Source of the DNA: Vicugna vicugna
Lineage: Eukaryota
Assembly: GCA_013265495.1 (NCBI GenBank)
Contig: MU058868.1
Coordinates: 2,721,553-2,785,552 of the forward strand
Direction: 5' to 3'
DNA: 64,000 nucleotides
The translations under genes and the position numbers were made by a program. Below are positions 58,691-64,000 of this stretch, in pieces. The notes below the pieces were generated by a model. The model had not been told where the DNA came from and ran no database searches. It saw only the letters and a program-made list of their open reading frames with translations. Each line of letters opens with the position of its first letter. Within the stretch, counting starts at the first letter, position 1.

Positions 58691-60163
58691 TGATAACGGG
58701 TCGTTAGATGGGGCCGTCCCTGACCAGAATTTTGTGTCTGACAGCAAAGTGGGCTAGATGCCCACCCCTTCTAGAGAAGGAGCCAGACCTCTGTCTGCAG
58801 GGGTAACTAGGGTGTGATCGAGGGGTCCTGGACATACCAACCTTAGCTGTGACCCGTTTTTGGTGAATGTAGTTGAGAGACCGGGGGGGGGGATGTGTTG
58901 GGGAGAGCTGGCCAGGAGCTGTGCGCCACCATCCTTGGGTGAGAGGAGAGGGATGTGCAGGCCCCCAGCCAGGTGAGGGGCTTGGAGAGAACCACCTGTT
59001 TGCCGAGAGATGCTCTCTGAGCATCTGCGTAGGGGACCTGCCTAGGGCAGGATCCAGGGAGGTGACAACAGTTTTCCCAGGGTCAGCCCTGTGAGGGTCT
59101 CATTAGCTATGGAATGAGCGGCCCCTCCCATGCATGCCTGTAGTTTTGCACAAATGTGTGTTTCTCTAGGATGGATTTCTGGGTCGGAGGGATGTGAATT
59201 TAACCCTCTAGTAGACAGATGGACCAAACTGTCCTGCAAGAAGTTCACTGGCCCATGGTGCACGGTCTGAGCACAGCCGGTCTCCCCACCGGGCCTGCAG
59301 CTCTGCCAGTGACGGTAGGATGGCATTCCATGCTGGTTGTCACCCTCCATCCCCCTTTCCCAGAGACACTGGCCCCTTACCTCGTGCCTGCAGACACTTG
59401 TGCATCCTCTGTGTGATGTGCCCAGCCGTGTCCCCCTGCAGGCAGGCAGGGGACTTTAGGCCACTCTGAGGGCAGACCCCTGCCTGGGCACTGAGCACGT
59501 CCCCCCTCTGGGAAGCATCAGTGACACTCCCTGGGGCTCTGATGATGGGAGGCAGGGCTCCAAGGCCAGGCTTCCACAGGAGCTGGAGCAGGGAGCCGGC
59601 ACCCACAGCCTGTGCGGCCGACGGCCAGGGGCAAGTCAGCCTAGGCCTGTCACTGGACAACCAACTTCCCTGAGGGCCAGAGGCCTATAGGCAAGAGGGC
59701 GGAAGGTAACCTGGGGCCTTGACTCCATGTGAATTATTTAAGAACAACACTTAGGAAAAACTGAGGCAGAAAAATTGTCCCAGTTTGAGAAAGACTTCAT
59801 TTTCTAGACTCTAAAAGTCCAAGCCCAGATGCCTCATTTCACAGATGGGGAAACTGAGGCTTTGGGAGGGGCATAGGTTTGTCCTGGGAAGGCCGGGAAG
59901 AAGGACAGTTGGATCTGGCATCAGCGCAGGAGGTGGAGGCCGGGGGGTGGGGAGGGCTGGTGCTGGGCCATGTTTAACAACTGGCACTGCTTCGGGGTGG
60001 GGGGGCTCTGACTTGTGGTGTCTGCCAGCTTCCATGTGTTAATTCTTCCCCTGTGGCCAATTTCGAGCCACCAGTAAGGCTGTGATGTGCCTTCCCTACC
60101 TTGTTCCCAAAGAAACCTTCAGTAAATTTAGTATTTCTCTCTTACGGTTTGTGAGAGGATTCT

Positions 60164-60431
60164 NNNNNNNNNNNNNNNNNNNNNNNNNNNNNNNNNNNNN
60201 NNNNNNNNNNNNNNNNNNNNNNNNNNNNNNNNNNNNNNNNNNNNNNNNNNNNNNNNNNNNNNNNNNNNNNNNNNNNNNNNNNNNNNNNNNNNNNNNNNNN
60301 NNNNNNNNNNNNNNNNNNNNNNNNNNNNNNNNNNNNNNNNNNNNNNNNNNNNNNNNNNNNNNNNNNNNNNNNNNNNNNNNNNNNNNNNNNNNNNNNNNNN
60401 NNNNNNNNNNNNNNNNNNNNNNNNNNNNNNN
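60164..60431. other. Assembly gap (268 N)
   Basis: Run of N characters. Confidence 1.
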
Positions 60432-60597
60432 TCATGAGGGTGGTGATGTGGTGATGATGGTGATGATAGCAGCGGTGGTGATGGTGGTGATGAAGGTGAT
60501 GATCGTGGTAGTGATTATGATGAGGACGGTGTAGTGGGGATTTTGATGAGGAGGAGGGTGATGGTGATGATGAGGTGATGGTTTTGGTGATGATGGC
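60432..60597 (+). repeat. (TGA/TGG)n low-complexity repeat
   Basis: ggtggtgatgtggtgatgatggtgatgatagcagcggtggtgatggtggtgatgaaggtgatgat... directly after the gap. Confidence 0.85.
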
Positions 60598-60950
60598 TAC
60601 TAATACTCTGGGGACACTTACTAAGTCCCAAGCAGAGTTTTAGTTTTACCTTACCTGCGCTATCCCATTTATTCCTGATGAAACCTAAGTGTACACCATT
60701 ATTGTCCCCAGCATGAGTCCCTCGTCCCCGTTACCCGGGTGAAAGGGCACTTCACGTGGGTGCAAGTGTTCAAGGGCAGCAAGGATGGGGGAGCCTGGAT
60801 AGTCTAAGCTTCACAACCACCCTGTGAGGAGGATTGTTGTTCTGCTTTCCAGGTGCAGAAACTGAGGCCCAGAGAGGGAGACGGGCTTGCCTGAGGTCAC
60901 AGAGCTGGGGATACAGCGACAAAGTGAGAAGTCAGGTGGGCCTGACTCAA
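60595..60950 (-). mobile_element. MIR fragments
   Basis: gctactaatactctggggacacttactaagtccc...; cttcacaaccaccctgtgaggagg...gcagaaactgaggcccagagagg...gcctgaggtcacagagctg. Confidence 0.7.
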
Positions 60951-61849
60951 AGCTTTCCCTGAGCACCTAGGCCAAGTGCTAAGAAGGCACAGAAGAATCA
61001 GACAGACCTAGCCCTGCCCTTGAGAAGCTCACAGTCTCATGGCGAGATAGGCAGGAAAACTGGCAGCAGGTGAGGGTTAAGAAGGCCACCCCAGATGAGG
61101 AGTCGGGAAGGCTTCCTGGAAGAGGCAGCCTTTGGTCCTGGGGAGAAGCAGAGGTCTGCTCAGATGGGGGCTCAGGGAGGCCGGCGGGCAGGGTCTTGTG
61201 TGTGCTCTCCTCCCATCCTCAGCCGGGGCTCCATCCTGACCCCCTAAACCTGCCTCTGGCCATGCAGAGTGCCGGCCTCTCCAGCCACTTCACCCAGACC
61301 TATTTTTAGACCCAGTTCAGCGCTAAACACAAACACATTGTCAAGAGAATGGCCAACTTGGATCCTGTCCACGAGCAGCCTTCTCTGCGACACCAAAATA
61401 GAAAATGTCTCTGTTTGCGGGTGACATGGGCTGCTGGCCGAGGCTTCGGCTTGAGTGGACGGGGGCCAGGTCACCGCCCAGCCCTCGGATGATCCGGACA
61501 CATCAATGCTTCCTACCCAAATACAGTATAAAAATGCGTGCAGAAGTGTGTTGCTGTTAGTCTTGCAAAAAGGCAACTTCTGCCTGGGGCAGCCCCCGGT
61601 GCCAGGCATGTGGGAGCAGGCAGGCTCAGGAGAGCGTGTGGTCCTGCCTGCTGAAGGGAGCATGCTTGAGACAGTGCATCATTATCACTGCTTTTCAGAG
61701 TCAGACATCCCCCGGCTGTGGGAGCCGGGAGCTCCGGACCGTCTCGGTAACACAAAGCGCACAACCCCGTCACTTACTGCAGGCTCACTGCGGGCCGGCG
61801 CGAGGCGGACACTTGACCTGCACCCTCTCTCCATCCACATCACCACCCC

Positions 61850-61985
61850 ATGGAATGGATACTTTCCCATCTCATTTCGTAGATGGGAAAATGGAGGCTT
61901 AGACAGGGTACGTTATTTGCCTTAGCAGTTAGTAAGTGGGAGGTTTGGTATTTGAAAGTCGGTCTGTTGAACCCCAAAAGCCATG
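61850..61985 (-). mobile_element. MIR fragment
   Basis: cccatctcatttcgtagatgggaaaatggaggcttagacagg...gttagtaagtgggaggtttggtatttgaaag. Confidence 0.65.
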
Positions 61986-61999
61986 GGCTTAATTTTTCC

Positions 62000-62260
62000 A
62001 AGATACGGTTTCTCTGTCTTTCAGCATTTCCTCCGTCTTTCATCCTCAAAGGACAGCACAAATGTCACCTCCTCCAGGAAGCACACCCTGCCTGTCAGGC
62101 CAGCTTGCATGCTTTTTGTCTCAGAGCAGTGGTCATACTGAGATTCCTTCCCTGCCAGACTGAGAGCCCCTTGAGGCCAGAGCCTGTGTAGAGTCGCCTC
62201 TGTTCTCACTCAGGATAGCTCTGGGGACGCAATGAATGAATGAATTTTTCACTCTGTAAG
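62000..62260 (+). mobile_element. L2 3' end
   Basis: aaatgtcacctcctccaggaagc...gactgagagccccttgaggccagagcctgtg...tgaatgaatgaat tail. Confidence 0.7.
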
Positions 62261-62574
62261 GGAGGAAGGGCCAGCGGGCAGGACAGTGTGATGCCCAGGG
62301 CCTGGATTCCGGGGTCGGAGTGACTTGGCTCTCATCCCCCTGCTGCCAGGTTTCAGACAGCAGAGCTCCGCCCAGGGCTCCCCGGGGCATCCAACCAGGC
62401 AGACAGCATCTCGCACCCTTAGTGCCCATCTGGCGCACGTCCCAGGCTCCACACACAACTGACCTCATTGTATTGAGACCCAGACCACAGTTCCACCGGA
62501 ACGAGGGCAAAACGGACTTGCCTCTTGGTCTGATCCTCGGACAGGTGGTACCCAATGTGCCCGGGGTGACTTCC

Positions 62575-63180
62575 TTTTCACTTTTTAAAACTGGGGTGAA
62601 ATATATATATAACCAACTTTGCCATGTTAACAACTAAAAATAGTTGTACTGTGATAAAATCAACATAGCTTAACACTTACCATCTTGACTGTATTTTGAA
62701 GCGTCCAGCTCTGGGGCGTTAAGTACGTGCACATCGTTGTGCAGCCGTCGCCCCCACCTGTGGAAACTGCAGCTCTGCCCCCGGGAAGCAGCACCTGCCC
62801 CCGCCCCGGCCCCGCACCCACCGCTCCGCTCCGTCCCGGGGGAGCTGACTGCTCCAGGGGCCTCACGCGAGGGCCAGCGGGCAGGGCTTGCCCTCTGCAG
62901 CCGGCTCACTTCACTGAGCGCGCCGTGCTCAGGGCTCGCCCATGTCGCAGCAGGCGTCAGAATCTTCTTCCTTTTTTTTCGTATAGCAGATCTTCATTTT
63001 ATTTATTTTTTTAAGCCAAAGTTCAGAGTTTAAAGAACTCTTGATGAATGTGTTTTTATTTTTATTAACACCTTTATTATGTTATGATTCCTGTATGGTA
63101 AACTACACATGTTTCAGATGTAAAAGTTGATGAATTTTGATCAAGGTTCCATTTTATTTTATGTTATTCTATTTTAAAGG
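62575..63180 (-). mobile_element. L1MB-like 3' fragments (continue ~63330-63450 after a SINE)
   Basis: aaaactggggtgaaatatatat...; cttaccatcttgactg...gttaagtacgtgcacatcgttgtgcagcc...cacttcactgagc...gtcagaatcttcttcctttt. Confidence 0.7.
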
Positions 63181-63195
63181 GACTGAGATGACCCC

Positions 63196-63328
63196 TTTTT
63201 ATTATTTTTTTGTTTTTTGAGGGGAGGTAATTAGGGTTTTTTATTGATTTATTTTAATAGAGATACCGGGATCGAACCCGGGGCCCTGCACACGCTCAGC
63301 ACACGCTCTACCCTGCGCTTCACCCCCC
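63196..63328 (-). mobile_element. Vic-1-type SINE, long-tail form (antisense)
   Basis: ttttgaggggaggtaattaggg...ggatcgaacccggggccctgcacacgctcagcacacgctctaccctgcgcttcacccccc. Confidence 0.82.
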
Positions 63329-63849
63329 ACTTCTCTTCCTTCTTAGCGCTGAGTCATATCCTGTTGTGTGGAGGGACTACATTTTGTCTATCTAACCTTC
63401 TCTCCATGCACACTGGGGCTGCCTTGGGTGTGATTTTTGTCAGGAAATCTATCACCGACTATGGGGACAGTCCATGGAAAGGTTGTGACAAGTGATCCAG
63501 TGAGTCAGCCAACTCAGCGACCGCTGCCCAGTGAGCGCGTGGGCCCTGGGCTCTGTGTGGGCTGCGTACGCAGGCAACCGTGTGCACGTCCTGGGTGTGG
63601 ATTTGCACGCACTTAGACCCACGTACGTGTGTGCGGGGGCGCGGGTGTCCATGTGGTGGTCACACGGAGCTGGACAGCAGGGTGAGTGAGCTAGGCAGCT
63701 GCTAGCTGGAGGCAGCAGGCCATAGGAGGTGTGGGAACACTGCTGGAAATGAAACAACTTCATGGAAATTGCATCTGTCCAAGCTCTTGGTAGAAAGGCA
63801 CGCGGGTGAGTTTGGAGCGGGTGTTCAGGGAGGAGAGTGACAGCCCCTC

Positions 63850-63990
63850 GAGCGGGATCACAAACCCCTGTGAAGGGCCAGACGGCAAATACTTCAGACT
63901 TTACACAACGTTTGCAGCCCCTGTTGGTCTTCTGTGGCCCATTCCTCCCCCAACCCCTTTAACATGCCAAAGACAAAAAGGTCTTAAAAG
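63850..63990 (+). mobile_element. MER58-like hAT fragment
   Basis: cacaaacccctgtgaagggccagacggcaaatacttcagacttt resembles the MER58 5' end. Confidence 0.5.
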
Positions 63991-64000
63991 CCTCCAGAGA

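Noticed and set aside
60082-60534. ORFs spanning the N gap
   Set aside because: Artefacts of translating N bases and a low-complexity repeat.
38600-64000. HTRA3 terminal exons or another protein-coding gene, expected from synteny
   Set aside because: No PDZ or trypsin-like peptide found on either strand. Long ORFs such as 43892-44749, 48052-48840 and 52853-53617 are Pro/Gly/Ala/Arg-rich, overlap on both strands or lie on L2 remnants. HTRA3 probably lies beyond the right edge.
1-64000. CRISPR arrays, rRNA/5S/7SL/snRNA genes, prokaryotic or synthetic inserts
   Set aside because: None recognised; all segments are consistent with native mammalian DNA.

Overview
GC-rich eutherian genomic DNA, almost certainly camelid: five tRNA-Ala-derived Vic-1-type SINEs are present. 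The window is syntenic with human 4p16.1. It contains the first two coding exons of TRMT44 on the minus strand, running off the left edge. Head-to-head with it lies a complete, intact ACOX3 (peroxisomal pristanoyl-CoA oxidase) on the plus strand. I traced 17 coding exons with GT-AG boundaries, summing to 2103 nt = 700 aa + stop, ending in the PTS1 signal SKL. The remaining ~25 kb (38.5-64 kb) has no gene I can recognise; it holds old repeats (MIR, L2, L1M, MLT1, MER20, MER58-like), several TF-motif clusters and a 268-N gap. Nearly all other ORFs in the track look like GC-rich noise. I found no convincing new protein-coding system. The best leads are post-transcriptional and regulatory, and all are hypotheses from sequence read by eye: (1) inverted Vic-1 pairs flanking phase-0 ACOX3 exons 4-6; (2) a synonymous base that would make the exon-16-skipped isoform an NMD target; (3) an in-frame cryptic acceptor in intron 12; (4) a candidate poison microexon in TRMT44; (5) two near-consensus CTCF sites; (6) liver-type and cardiac/muscle-type motif clusters; (7) an L1 segment with a strong AT-to-GC shift suggestive of GC-biased gene conversion.
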